Source: the human T2T-CHM13v2.0 reference genome, Homo sapiens. From it: 64,000 nt of DNA. Within the stretch, counting starts at the first letter, position 1; each line of letters opens with the position of its first letter. The position numbers were made by a program, and so were the translations under genes. The notes below the pieces were generated by a model that worked only from the letters and a program-made list of their open reading frames with translations, did not search any database and was not told the DNA's origin. The stretch lies in assembly GCF_009914755.1 (NCBI RefSeq), contig NC_060932.1; one strand, written 5' to 3'. This document shows positions 1 to 16,244 of the stretch, one piece after another.

Positions 1-805
1 CTAGCTATAAATGCCAGTGGCTTCAGCTTCCTCCAGTGTCATTTCTAGTTCCCATGCTGTCTTTGGGCTTTGCTTAGAACTCTTCCTCAGAGTCTTCTGA
101 AAGAAATATCATCTTGTGGCTCTTTCAGCCATAAGCCAGATATTATCCTTCAGCCCTGCTGGTAAGCCATGACCAGCGTGGGAAGTGTGGGGAACAGGAG
201 CATTCTATGATCCTGTGATTAAATCTCAGGCTGGAGGTGGGCCAGTGTCTCTGGGCTGTGATGTTCAAACATGTTACTTAGTTTCTTTTAGGAAAGCTAC
301 AGGGGAATGAAGGGGGAAGAAATGCCCTTTCCCCATTTGGGGTAAGTCTCTGGTGAAGTCTTCTCCCCTGATTGGTGGGCCTTTACCATAGAGAATGTGC
401 TAAGTGTACGTCACAAAAGTTATTCTTGCATTTGTTCTGCCAGAGCCAAGAGAGACTCCATCTTGGATCTTCATCACGAGAACTTGATGAGCTTCCCAGA
501 AGTAAGGACCACAAATGTTTGCCCCCCATCCCAAGACTGCTGTCCCCAGGAGATTCCCTCTCTCATGCAACTCCAGTGGTTCATCCCATTTACTATTAAG
601 TGTTCCGACCACTGTATGGACCCCCAGGGTTTCTCCTCCAGGTCACGCGTCTCAGCCGTGGCTCTCTGGAGCTACCCATCTCTCCAGATTTCAGGGTAGT
701 GGTTTTTTCTGCAAACTGCCTTTTCTAATGGGTCCAAGAGTGTATCTCCAAGTTGGTCTTGCTGTAAAGATAGGAATGATTACTTCTAAGCCTTTTGCGT
801 CCTTA
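1..805 (-). mobile_element. Old L1M (L1MC/MD-type) 5' UTR fragment
   Basis: Degenerate motifs resembling antisense L1M 5' UTR (tggatcttcatcacgagaact, ctctccagatttcaggg, gtaaagataggaatgattacttctaagcc); recalled similarity only. Confidence 0.45.
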
Positions 806-1105
806 CTTAGATTTATTTTTAAGGAAATCTCAAGAATATTATATTCTGTACCATGATAACCACCCTAAAATTTAGAAAGACTGTAAATACAGAGAGTCAC
901 AGCTCAGCTGCTTCATGATCCAGATACCTTTATTGTTCATGATTGTGTCTTATTGTCCTGTTACTGATAAAAGAAGAAATATCAGACCAAAATTGTTGAA
1001 TTAATTGTTTGTCTTTTTTGATTGTCCCTCATGTATTTTGTGGATCCATTGCTAGGTTAGCATGCACTTATTTTTATGTCTGTCTAATACACTGACCCAA
1101 GACTC

Positions 1106-1458
1106 TGTGTTAGTCTGTTCTCATGTTACTAATAAAAACATACACAAGACTGGGTAATTTAAAGAAAAAGAGGTTTAATGGCCTCACAGTTCCATATGGC
1201 CTGGGATGCCTCACAATCATGGCAGAAGGCAAAAGTCACGTCTTACATTGCAGTAGGCAAGAGAGAGCGTGATAAGGCAAACTCCCCTTTAGGAAACCAT
1301 CAGATCACGTGAAACTTATTCACTATTATGAGAAAAACATGAGAAAATCCAACCCCCTTGATTCAATTACCTTTCATCCGGTCCCCCCACCCATGACATA
1401 TGGAAATTATTACAATTCAAGGTGAGATGTGGGTGGGGACACAGAGGCAACCATATCA
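1106..1458 (-). mobile_element. THE1 (B/C-like) MaLR solo LTR
   Basis: tgtgttagtctgttctcatg...gactgggtaattt...gtggggacacagaggcaaccatatca; TG...CA ends, about 350 bp. Confidence 0.9.
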
Positions 1459-1532
1459 CTCTCTAATATACTAAGTCTGGTGGCTTCACCATTTTATGCT
1501 CCCCTGCCTGTTCTCTGAAGTCAGATAAATTC

Positions 1533-1855
1533 CAGAGGGTTGCTTTTCAGTGTATGGCCCTGGTCCAGGAACATTCACATAACTTGGGAATAGAGCGACC
1601 AAGTTCAGCAAATAAACACAAGACAACAGGATAATTTTAAATTTCAGATATACATGGAAGAAGGTTGTATAGTTTTCATTGAGTATCTGAAATTCAAATT
1701 CACCAGGGTGTCCTGTGTTTTTTCTGTCAGCTCCACCTGGGTACATTTCAGAGATGCAGACTCTGAGACCCCACTTCAGACCTATTGAATTAGACTCTGC
1801 ATTTTAATGAGAACGTCTAGTAATTTGTATGCATATTAAGGTTCAAGAAGTCCTC
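1533..1855 (+). mobile_element. MER5A1-like hAT MITE, split by MER53
   Basis: gatgcagactctgagaccccacttcagacctattgaattagactctgcattttaa...gtatgcatattaaggttcaagaag. Confidence 0.7.
1592..1735. mobile_element. MER53-like palindromic MITE nested in MER5A1
   Basis: Inverted arms acaggataattttaaatttcagata / tatctgaaattcaaattcaccagggtgtcctgt. Confidence 0.7.
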
Positions 1856-2422
1856 TTCCAGTGGTCCAGTTTATGTTAGGGCAGGATGTTCAAGTGAAGC
1901 CTTACAGTGCATGTCTGCAGGAAATGGAAGCTCTTGAAGAGAAGCTGACCATGGTCACTGGTCACTACTCATTTCTGCAACCCTCCAATTACACCAGCTA
2001 CTCTGGGTTTCCAAATATCATGTTTCATCAAAAGAATTTCCAAGCTAATTGTAGCACTTGGCATCAATCAGTGTTATAAAATAACAATAATTCAAAAATG
2101 TAGTCATTAGTATACTGTTTGTTTGATAAAGTGTTCTTTTTATGCACACACACACAAATGTTCAGCCAAAGCCACTAGGGAATTCCTTAAACATCAAGAA
2201 ATTATAAACATATCTTGGGTTGTTGCTCCATCACCATCACCCTAAACTTACGTGCTGTCAGGCTTTCGTTTCCCTAATGATCACATTGTTTAATTGCCTT
2301 TTATCATATCAGCTATCTCAACTAATATATCTTCACTAAAAGTTTACCTGTAAATTTATTAAGCTCTATTTTGTGGAGTAATGGGGAAAATCCAATTATA
2401 ATTCATGTTGTGACTCCATATA

Positions 2423-2760
2423 GAGTCATTTCTCGGTCTCTGTGGAGGATTGGTTCCAGGATCTCCCACAGATACAAGGCTCCACAAATGCCCAAGTCCC
2501 TGACATTAAATGGTGTAACATTTGTATATAACCTATGCACATTTTCCAGTATAATTTAAATTATCTCTAGATTACTTATAATACATAATATAAGAGCTAT
2601 GTAAGCAGTTGCTATGCCGTATCACTTAGGGAATAATGAAAAGAAAAATGTCTGTACATGTTCAGTGCAGACTTAGTCATTCTTGTTTTTCCCAAATATG
2701 TTTTGTCCATTCTTGTTTGAATCTACAGAGGCAGAACCCGTGGATGTGAAGGGCTGACTG
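2423..2760 (+). mobile_element. MER2 (Tigger-family MITE)
   Basis: ggattggttccaggatc...atctctagattacttataata...gcagaacccgtggatgtgaagggctgactg, flanked by TA on both sides. Confidence 0.85.
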
Positions 2761-2771
2761 TAGGGGTACAG

Positions 2772-2773
<2 letters not shown>

Positions 2774-2813
<40 letters not shown>
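2774..2813. repeat. (GT)20 microsatellite
   Basis: Perfect dinucleotide run read directly. Confidence 0.97.
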
Positions 2814-2817
<4 letters not shown>

Positions 2818-2977
2818 ATAACCTGAAACATAATTTTAAATATCAGAATCCTTAAGAAAAGGTTTTATTTTTGTTTTTGTTTTTAATCCTGGGGATGCTT
2901 GTGTTTTTATAACTCTGTGGTGATTTTTCCTATGAGCATCAGCTCAAAATTCTATAGAGAGGTAGCTGTGGGGATGG

Positions 2978-3072
2978 CTCCCAGCCTTACCACTACTGCC
3001 CAGGGTGACCTTTAGCTCCTCACTTGCACTCTCCAAGCCTCTGTGTTTGCATCTTTAAAATGGGAACACCAT
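2978..3072 (+). mobile_element. MIR fragment
   Basis: Core-like gtgaccttt...gcctctgtgtttgcatctttaaaatggga. Confidence 0.65.
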
Positions 3073-3884
3073 CTCACTTAATTTTCCAATGTTATCACTT
3101 GATTCAGAGGTGGAACCTTGTACATTCAAGCATTACTCTACTTGGTTTTCAGAGCTATGATGATGACCTCTATTTAAAGTACACTGTTATTGATCTTAGC
3201 CATTTCTGTCTCCATGTGGATGTTTATGAAGATTTGCATTCTTCTGAGAAGAGGAGTACATATTATTTGAATGTTTTCATTAAAAATAGAATTTTACTTT
3301 AATATAGAGTCAAGGGCAAGAGTTGGTACTTATTGAGGAATCAAAAATGAAAGCAACCAAGATGGCAGGACAATGGTAGATGTATGGAAAAGACAGATTT
3401 AGAAAAGAAATCGTGCAAGGCCCAAGCTAAGCCCTGAGGTTCAACTCTTTCATCTAATGTAGGAAACGGAGCTGACATAAAATAGTTACACCTATTTCTA
3501 ATATCAAGGAAGAATGTATATGCATTATATTTAGCAACATCGATATATTTAAGCATTACTTGACTCTAATTCACTCCAGGTTTATTCAGATGTTTCTGAA
3601 ATTGTCTTGGAAGTTATGTAGTCATTACATGAATGGTTAAACAATTTCAGGCAGGTTTTCTTTATCTTACATAATTTTCTCAAACATTCTGAAAAGCTTT
3701 GTAATATTTAAGCTATTATGCTATTTATTTTTAGAATTATATCATTTTAACGTATTTTAAGGAAAACCACTGGAATAATCTAGCTCTAGTGGGTATTCAT
3801 TTTCTTTTCATTTTTTAACAGGCTGGTGAACACAGGAACTGTCAGGCAACTGGTGAATATTTCTCAGATGATACTGTATTTTTT

Positions 3885-4502
3885 AATAAATTACTTTTTA
3901 ATAGTTTCTAAAATTATTAAAAGAGGTTTTAAGTTCACAGAAATATTAAATGGAAAGTATAGAGAGTTACCATACATATCCCCTTCCTCTTCACATGGCT
4001 TCCCCAATTATTATGAACTTGCGTCAGTGTGTTATGTTTTTTGCAACTGATGAACCGATATTGATATGTTACTATGAATTGACATAGTTTACATTAGCAT
4101 ACATTTTGTTGTACAGTTCTATGAGTTTTGAAAAATGCGTAATGTCATGTATCCACTCTTACAGTATAAATAACACACAGTAGTTTTAATGAAGAATAAT
4201 AATTGTGCAGAAACTAGAATTTTGTTTTGCAGTTGATTCATCAGTGGCAAAAACTGTGCCACACTGATGCAAGTTGTTACAATGGGTAAGCCCTTTTGTA
4301 CCCCAGCCATGGACCCCTTCTTTGCTTCCTTACTCCCTGCTAACTCCTAGCAACCACTGATCTTTATACTGTTTCTATCAATTTGCCTTTTCTAGAATGC
4401 CACAAAGTTGGAATCGTATAGTATATGACCTTTTCAAGCTGGCTTCTTTACTTAGAAATATCCATTGAAAATTTCTCTCTGTCTTTGTGGCTTGATAACT
4501 CA
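3885..4502 (-). mobile_element. L1MC1/2-like 3' end (resumes at 6500-6561 after the nested L1PA3)
   Basis: ttttaagttcacagaaatattaaatggaaagtatagagagtt...caaccactgatcttt...gcttgataactcatt; continues gtgaataatattccattgtatg. Confidence 0.8.
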
Positions 4503-6922
<2,420 letters not shown>

Positions 6923-8979
6923 TTCTGTTTCATGTGTGAGTTTTGGTAGATTGTGTCTTTGAAAACTTGGCTTATCTCATTCAAGTTATTCAGTTTGGGA
7001 GCATAGAGTCACCCATAATATTTAATGTCCATTGGATCAGCGGTAACAACCCTCTTTCACGTATGGATGCTGCATTCTGAAGGTTTTCCGATTCCTGCTT
7101 TGGCCAGATTTAAGTCTTCTCCAGAAACTCACCTTCACATCAATTTTAACCTGTTTTTTGTTCATATAGCCTCTGATGTACTTTATATGTTACTATGTTA
7201 TATGTGGTTACACATATTTTTATTATAATGGGAATGGGGCTTATTAACTCATGAGTAAAAAAAGCTCCTAGAAGAAAACTAACTTATCTATCATGAAGTT
7301 ATCAAGGAGTCAAGTCTTTATAAGCTTATGCATTAGAAATAGTTTGAACTAGTTCCCGATTATTTGGGTGTAATTCTTTCCTTATGCTACACACCATCAT
7401 AAAAATCTTTATTTTTGTGTATTACTTTGATACTGGAACCATGCTGTAACCTTGAAACCAATACTCACTACCAGCCACCTGGGTTGGTTGGCTGAAAACA
7501 CCAGAAGAGATAAGAGACACAAAATGGAGAAACTACATATACCAAGATAGGATAATTTACTTTTGCTGGAAACCAGGCCTATATCTGGCTGCTACATATA
7601 GAAGGAAAAATCAGAACTTCCCCTATGGTGCACTGGGCACTGGTGTGGTGAGTTGATATTAGCGAGCCTGTGTTATGAGGTCCCCTGGTGCTGCTGCGGA
7701 TGGGTTTATAAACAGAGTTGGGTGTACTGATTGAGGCAGCAATGTGCACTTGGGAGAAAGTGGACTACATTGATTTCTTCCACCCTTTCAATAGCAGTGA
7801 TTTATTACGACTGAGGTAGCAGCAAGCTCTGGATATTAGGTTGCGGTTCCTGACTGTAGGGCCTCAGTCACCAGGATCACGCAAGGGCTCACAGTGTTGC
7901 ATCCACCAACATGGGTCATATATCACACCAAGTCAGATTAATGGATCAAAGTTCAAGTGAAGTGGGTGCTTCTGTGGGACCAGAACCACGGAATCCACCA
8001 GTCTCCTCCATCATGCACCAGCCAGAGGAAGAAACTTAAGAAAGAAATGGGATTGCACACCTATTCATATAAATAATTAAACATGATTTTAAGTAAATAG
8101 GGCACCAACGAGCTATGAAGGCTAACCAGATGAAAAGGTGGAGGAGGTCAGACCTACAGAAGAGGAGGGAAGCAGTGACTAATAAGGGAAGAACTTAAGG
8201 ACACCGGCCCATCAAAGTGAAGGAGCCAGCAATTCTGGGAGAATGGTCACCTGTTCTGAGTGTTGCTCAGAAGTGAAATGCAGTGAGCTTTAGGAATACA
8301 AAACTGACCCGAGAATGTGATTATTCATCTGCAATGGTGTTCTTCACGGCACTGAACATAAAAGCAAAATAATGTATGTTTCCAACAGTTTGGTATTGAT
8401 TCTGTAAGCTATACTCCACCTGCATGACACTGATTTTTAAAAATGATATTATAACCACATATTTAATAATAGGAAGAGAAGGTCCCGGTAAAATTTCAGG
8501 TGAACAAAATGAAATTACCTAATGGAATGTAATCGAGATTGTGATGGATTTTTATTTCTGTCATTTTGCTTTTCTCTTTTAAAGTGTCCACAGGGATCAT
8601 GTCCAACTTATGCAACAGAAAAAAATGCAATAAAAATTCTTATTACAAAAAAGTGACTTCTGGCCCTAGCTACGTAGTGAACCTCCTGACTCTGGGGAAA
8701 GCCGCCCCGTGGTGTGATCCTGTTCACAGGCTGGCAGCAGTGGGCCAGGAAAGAAGAGATGATGAAAAGGAAGGCAGTGAGTACCCAGTGCTACTTTGGG
8801 AGTCAGTCCATGGAAGACAGGAAGCAGGAGGCCACGGGCCAGAGACAGATGTAAAGTTAAGGAAGGATTTGATTGTTTAAATGGAAGAGTCATGAATGAT
8901 TTATAAAACAACAGAAAGTCTGCAGATGAGAGACAAAGATGGAATATACCAATGAACATAAATAGGGCTGAACGATACC

Positions 8980-9772
8980 ATATTATTCAGGGTTCTACAG
9001 AGAAACAGAACCAAATAGAATCTTTTGATCTACTGATACATCTATCTATTTGTGTATCTACCTGTCTATCTGGACAGTCATTTATTGAGGGAATTGGCTC
9101 ATGCAAGTATGGAGGCTGATAAGGTCTGCAATCTGCACTCTGCAAGCTGGAGGCCCAGGAAAGCCAGTGGTGGAAGTCTCAGTGCAAGTCTGAGGCCTGA
9201 CCAGGAGCACAGATGTCCCAAAGCAGGAGAGGGCAGATGTTCCAGCTCAAGAAGAGGGAATGCATTTGCCCTTTCTCTACCTTTGTTTTTGGAGACAGAG
9301 TCTCACTTTGTCACCCAGGCTGGAGTGCAGTGGTTGAATCTCCGCTCACTGCAACCTCTGACTCCCAGGTTCAAGCAATTCTCCTGCCTCAGTTTCCTGA
9401 GTAGCTGGGACCACAGGTGTGCACCACTATGTCCGGCTAATTTTTGTATTTTTAGTAGAGTCTCGGTTTCACCATGTTGGCCAGGCTGGTCTTGAACTCC
9501 TGACCTCATGTGATCTGCCCCCTTGGCCTCCCAAAGTGCTGCGATTACAGGCATAAGCCTCCATGCCTGGCCCTTTCTCTACCTTTTGGTTCTACTCAGG
9601 CCCTCAAGGGACTGCATGATCCTCACTCACACTGGTGAGGATGGATCTTCTTTTCTCAAATTCTGTGGATTCAAATGCTAATCTCTTCTGGACACATTCA
9701 GAAATTATGTTTTACTACCTATCTGGGCATCTCTTAGACTAGTCAGGCTTGACATACAGGTAATCCTATCAC
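8980..9772 (-). mobile_element. MLT2 (B/D-like) ERVL solo LTR, interrupted by an Alu
   Basis: cagggttctacagagaaacagaacca...ggaattggctcatgc...gcaagctggaggcccaggaaagcc...attcaaatgctaatctcttctgg. Confidence 0.85.
9285..9572 (-). mobile_element. AluS (Sx-like)
   Basis: Full dimer; TSD ctttctctaccttt at 9271-9284 and 9573-9586. Confidence 0.95.
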
Positions 9773-10249
9773 ATAAATTATTCCTAATGAAAATAAGGGT
9801 AGTTGGATTTCAAAGCACAGCTGCAAATTAGTCTTACGGGAAGAATTAGCCCCTCTATTGCAAAAGGAGATGAGACAGGTAGATGGAGGAAGAATACACG
9901 TTATTAGGAAGGTGGGTTGTTCTTTCTGATGGATTCTATCCTTTAAATAAAAGGCTGGGTTCATCTTCGGAGGGTGAGTGGAGGTCACGTGGTCAGGGGT
10001 ATGGGGAGAGAAGTGATCTTTTGGAGTAGGACTTTTGAGGCATAGGAGAGTGTGTTGACCTCAGGAATAGAGCAGGATTGCACTGTGCTGGTGCTGAAAG
10101 GCCTTGGGCTAGTGATTAAGGCTTTATAATGAAAATCTACCTTATGGATTAGTCATTATGTCAATGATGGGCTGCTAGGATTCAGGGTCCCAATAATGAG
10201 ATAATTGGGTTCTGTTTTTACCTTTTAAAATCATCAGTAGGTTTCCCAG

Positions 10250-10450
10250 GGGGAGTTGCTATTTAAATGGGATCAGTAAGTGGGAGTTGCTGTTCAATGG
10301 ATAGAAATGTTTGATTACATAGAATGATTTAGTTCTAGAAATATACTATATGACACTGTGCCTATGGTTGATAACGCTGTATTGTGGACTTAAAAACATT
10401 TAAGAGAGTAGATTTCACATAATATGTTCTTGCCATAATTTAAAAAAATT
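10250..10450 (+). mobile_element. L1MA/MB 3' end fragment
   Basis: gggagttgctgttcaatggatag...ttaagagagtagatttcac... then an A-rich end. Confidence 0.7.
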
Positions 10451-11138
10451 AAATGACATAAAGCTTACTGACTGTTTGGATAAGTGCCAGGCACCTCAAT
10501 AAGACATGAAATAATATAGTAAAGATTTTTATCCCTGAGCTAGTGTTCAAATGCAAATACACACGCACACACACAAACACACATATACCATTACCATATT
10601 TATATATTAATAAAATAATGTATGCTTATGTTTTATAAAGCATTGATTTCAGTGTTTTCAAAATTACCATCTGATTATGCTTAGTATCTATTACATTGTT
10701 TCAAATCCCTATTTCCCCAGTTATAACATTATTTGATTCTTATTTTTGTGTCTTTCACTTTGTCTCTGATTTCTCTTTTTAGAAGTTTATACACTGTTTC
10801 AAAGAATTTTAATTATTCATCAATGTAGCTGATAATTTTCTGATTTTCATATTTATTTGTTGCTACTTTGTTTTCTTCATTTTATTTTAGATGATTTTAA
10901 CTTCTTGTAATGGATCCTTTTCAATGAATCCTTATTTTATTTTTTGACTTTTTAAATTTGACAATTGAAACTAAGTGTATAACGTTATCTTGGAGTTATT
11001 CTTGATAAGTCTAGATACTCCCTATCAATAAACATGTTAATTTGTATTGCTCATTTTTTAATTGACCTAATATTTGTTCATAGGAGTGTTATTAGACAAG
11101 GTGATATGCACTTAGATTCTGATTAGGATCCATTATAC

Positions 11139-11835
11139 TGATAGCAGAAGCAAATCCATATGTGTCTGTAGCAACATCAATTCTTACTTCCTTAAAAGAA
11201 AGAATTTGACCAAGAAGCATAAGGCAGAGTGAGAGATAGGCAAGTTTTAGAGCAGGAGTGGAAGTTCATTAAAAAGCTCTAGAGCAGGAATGAAAGTAAA
11301 GTACATTTGGAAGAGGGGCAAATGGGTGACTTGAGGGATTCAAGTGCATGGTTTGGCCTTTAACTTGGAGGTTTTATATGTTGGCGTGGTTCTAGGGGGG
11401 TTGCATTCCTTCTCCTCTGATTCTTCCCTTGAGGCTGTCTATATGTGCAGTGGTCTGCCAGGACCTGGGAGGGGCTGAGTGTGTAGTGTTTACTGAAGTT
11501 TTGCACAGGCTCCCATGAGGCTTTGTTCCCTTACCAGTCCAGTGTTCCTAGAGGAAGATCATCTGCCAGTTAAACTCTGCCATTTTGCCTTAGTTCTGCA
11601 TGCTTGAGCCCACTCACCTAACTCCTGAAATCTTATCGGGAAGCTGCAGATCATCAGTTTCAGGTGTTGTCTATCTGGTGGGAGACAGATTTTTCCCTAC
11701 TGCCAGATGTGATCAATTATTATTTAAGCGAGACAGTTTAGTAACCACCTGACCATCTGATGGTTCTCTGACATTCCTGGTGGTTGTGGGGGCTCTCCGA
11801 CCCTGCTTATATCTGACTAGCTACCTACTGTAACA
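11139..11835 (-). mobile_element. MER50-like ERV1 solo LTR
   Basis: gcataaggcagagtgagag...gcaagttttagagcaggagtg; ends ctagctacctactgtaaca; 4-bp TSD atac/gtac. Confidence 0.85.
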
Positions 11836-13416
11836 GTACCAAGAAGAGACAAGCCTGCACTAGAACAACATAGCTCTCAAGGCCTCAGTAATGGTCATTT
11901 CCACTGAGGTTGTTGGGTACGTCTTTGGGTGCCTTTGGAAGCCTCGTGGATAGACAGAGCCAGAAGCTGGATGACCTGGAGGTGCAGAGTGATTTTATAG
12001 CTCCATTTTCAATTTTTATATTTTGTGTATTTTTATATTTCCATTATATTTTCTAGTGGAAATTGCCCAATGTATTATGTGTCAGGAAAATCTACAATGA
12101 ATTAATGCTCTTAGAAGTCTGTAATGCCGGTGTTTAATTTAAATGTTAAATCAGACATTTATTTAACGTTATTATTTTTTCCAGTGTGTTCGTGTAGGTG
12201 GATGTTTCCACTTTCTAGTTCTAAATTAAGATTTACTTAAAACCCATTCAGATCCGTCGGTTGTACGGGACCTACTCCTCCCCAGTCCCACTCTTTCAAC
12301 AATTTTGTAATCAAGCTGTTTTGTTCTCTATTATTACCTTGAATTTGACACAGTATGAGACCAGAATGAAAAGAAATCAATTAGCATCAGCGAATAACAT
12401 TTATTTTGCATGTTTTTCTAGTGTAATTGCCTTTGCAGGCTATAGTTATAAAAGTTGGTTTTCTCTATATCTTATGCATCAAATGCTGACCTATAATGTA
12501 ATTTTATAACCTTTTTCTATTAACAGATTTCAATGCTACCGTTCAATGCTTCTTTTTTATTTTTTCTAATCTATTATGCCATCTATTAGAATTGCATTCA
12601 GGGGGCCTGTAAGTGGTGAGAATACCAGCTTTTATACATAACATTCCATTTGTGGGTGTGTGAGTGAAATGTGGGCAGTTCAACTTTGAAAGAGAACTAT
12701 TTCCCTTTTAAAAGTTTAGACTCCATTAAACAATATGGAAACAAAATGACCAATATTTTCTAAAATGATCATTGTTATTTTTAAAACATTCTGTTTATTT
12801 CTAAATTTCAAAACTAAAAAACATGAGTGGGGGTAATATGGACTGCAGGATGATAGTTCAACAACCTGTTTTTACGATAGACTATTTAATTGTGCAAGAC
12901 ATGCTAATTCCTTGCTTCATAACAAAAGAATCTCATGGTAATAAATTTAATATGCTATTGAAATAAAACCAGATGTTAAAAAGCAAAACAAAATAGTTTT
13001 TACATGTACTGATAAGGGTCTGATTAAAGCCAATGTAAATAAGGTATTTTACTGTTAACAAATAATAAGATGCATTTTATTCTGACATTCACTCTGTCAG
13101 ACCACAGTTTCACCTCGTCACAGGCTGATTCTGTTACCTGTTTGCATTTCTGCTGATGTGGTAAATCCAAGCTACTGAGTACCCATTATGATTGGGAAAG
13201 GTGTTGATGACTTACAGAGTTCCCTGTACTACGTATAATGGAGTCCTTTACAAATTATACCTTGCCTGAACCGAATTAGATAGGTAAAATTCTCTAAAAA
13301 GACCTTCTACACAATAAGACCACATTGTTACATGTCACAGGAATGAAATGTTCTGTTTCAAATAAAAGTGCTGGCCACAGCAAGCAGGTGCCAGGATGTG
13401 CTGCCCACAGTGGCAT

Positions 13417-13484
13417 CATCCCAGAGGGGCAATATACCTCTGCAGAATGAGGCATCCCAGAGAGGCAATATACCCTGCAGAATG
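13417..13484. repeat. Two-copy tandem duplication, period about 36 bp
   Basis: catcccagaggggcaatatacctctgcagaatg / catcccagagaggcaatataccctgcagaatg. Confidence 0.9.
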
Positions 13485-13984
13485 TGTTCAGGACAACTTG
13501 GACACACTACACCTGTGAAAGCAAGGGAAGGAGGGCAGGCTCTGCAAGATGGAGAAAAATATTCCCAGGATGCACCACTTGGATTAAAATCCAATGCAAC
13601 TCAAAGTATCCCCATGATTCAGTTCAAGTTTCCTGAAAGTAGGTGGTTTAGAATTTGTATTATCGCAAGGAAACCTTAAAAGAGCATCATATCTAAAAAG
13701 ATAAAATGAATTATCAGGTTAATAAAGTGCTTAAAACAATGCTTCCGAAACACCCTGACTACGTGGCCTATGCCCAAAACACAGAGGCCATGAGTCCCTT
13801 TTCATGTTAAAGAGAGAGAGCTGCACTCCTCACTGTGAAAGGTGTGGACGAAGATGCAGGAGAGATGTGTCATCATAAGGATGTGGTGAAAATGCCTTGG
13901 AAAGTACTCTCTGCTGCTTTTCATCAGTACACGAGGCATGCGTCATCTTAGAATGTCCTAAATGCATAGTGTTATTTTTTTTAA

Positions 13985-14215
13985 GTCAACATTTCTGAGT
14001 GCTTATTTTGTGCTAGGAGTTGTAGTTAGTATTTTACAGGTAAAATCTCAATCCAGATAAGAATTTTGCAGAGTACGTACTATAATTCAGTTTTCACAGA
14101 TGAGAAGAAATGAGTCCCAGAATAGTTAACAAGTAACTGGACAAATGTAAACAGCTTGTAAATGGAGGAGCTAGGAATGTACAAAAGTGGCGTGCATCAT
14201 CAAGCCATGAGTTCA
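13985..14215 (-). mobile_element. MIR
   Basis: acatttctgagtgcttattttgtgctagg...cagttttcacagatgagaagaaatgag...gtaaatggaggagctagg. Confidence 0.7.
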
Positions 14216-14222
14216 CTATTAG

Positions 14223-14486
<264 letters not shown>

Positions 14487-16244
14487 TAATAGGAATAGGT
14501 CAAAGCATTAAGTATTTACTAGGGCCGGAATAGTACAGCAGACTTACCTCAGAAGCAATATACTGCATGGTTGAAATACTTAATAAATATTTAAACGCTG
14601 GGTTCTACGAAACATATATGATATATTAATAAACATATGTAATGTTTAGTTTTAGAATCTGAATTTCTTACCACTTGCATACCACCACAGTTTTTTAATA
14701 AATTTCCTTCTCTGTTATCTGAGAAAATTAGGACCTGCAAGGGCAGGATCACAAGGGGCCAGTTTTTACTTCAGTACATTTCAGAGGTGAATGCACACAC
14801 ACCCACCCCACATACACATTTTCAGAAAAACAAATCTAACAAAACTAGATGTCTAATGAAAAAGATACTGTAAAAATTAGTTATATTCACCAAACAGTGA
14901 GTCTGATGCCTAAGAAGAAATGCATGTGTTACAGTTTTTAGGTGCAGAAACCATGACCCACCCTAGCTAGATTAAGCAGAAGAGGAGTGTATTAAAGGAT
15001 ATTAGAAATCTGCGGGAGGGTGAGAGAATCAGGCTTGGAGGCCACACAGACAGGAGCAAAAGCAATGGAGAGGTAGTGCGGTACCCCTGACCATGTGCCT
15101 CTGCTGCTCAACAGTAATGGCAGCATTCAACTTCAAGCTCTGAAATCTGTTGCTGGCAGCTCTGCCGCTATTGTTTTGAAAAGCTGCGATCCCTCACTTA
15201 TTTGCTCGCTCACCAGAGGAGATCCTGTGTGGCATCTCCTGTCTCATGCTACTCTATTCCAAGTAAAAATCTCACGTGGGAGCAATTACATTCGGCGCCA
15301 CCTCACATCACTGTGTCTGAGCTCCAAATGAGTTTCTCACTTCCTCTTTGGCAAAGCAGGCTGTATAAAGTGGGATATTTCCCAGAGAAATCCTACCGGA
15401 GTCCTGCCACTATAACACATCACTTTAGAAAGGCAATATATGCATGATGCCTTCCAAAAGGTGCTCCAAGGCCAGTCGTCATGGTCAGTCGGCCAACACC
15501 TTTAAGCAGCTATTTTTCAAAGATGTTTTGTCGCCCATGAAATTAGAGCCATTGGGAATAGGGAGGAATACTTCTCTTACTTTCCACAATTAGTGACACA
15601 GAATTGATATCTCTACCTTCAACACCCAAATTAATAGCTTCATAAAATAGCATATTATTTTTTTCTGTTTAAAATAGAAGTATCTAGGCTTCTGTAAATG
15701 GCTGTGAAATGAAATGGTTATGCAAAAATTCTGCACGGGTAAAATAATTTAAAAATGGTTTTTAAGGAGTTCCTGTTTAGAAACATGAGAAGTGACCCAA
15801 AGCAGAGGAAGTTGCATATAGATACAGATATATAGATATAGATACATGAATGAATGAATGAGGAGAAAGTCTCTGGAATATAAAAGGACCACCCTGGCTG
15901 AGAGAAGTGAAGGAGGACTGAGACACAAATGCTCAATGTAAGCACTGCTCCAGTAATCACTGAGAGCTGGAATATTATGCTTATAAACTGGAGACCTCAC
16001 AGGCTTTGAAACCCCTATAGGAAATAGGAACAAAATCTTGAAAGATCTACAGTCCATAATATTGATACATTTTCTGCTTTTTAAATAAACTCTACTTCCA
16101 ATTCATGCACACCTTGTGCAGCAGGCTTGAAGAGTTAGAGGACAGACTCTAAGGCTCTTGGAGACACAGAGGTGAACTTCCTCTGCCCACGTTCTTAATT
16201 AACTGCCAAATTATATAAGGCTGAAATTTTTCAGAGTGCCTCGC

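Noticed and set aside
9052-9554. 147-aa ORF and other ORFs ending in Alu-type peptides (also 25062, 34399, 47138, 51057, 54278)
   Set aside because: Read-through of LTR/Alu sequence with no independent coding evidence.
14540-14552. Strong minus-strand splice donor (GAG/GTAAGT) and similar isolated sites
   Set aside because: Isolated consensus matches are expected by chance; no paired acceptor or reading frame could be supported.
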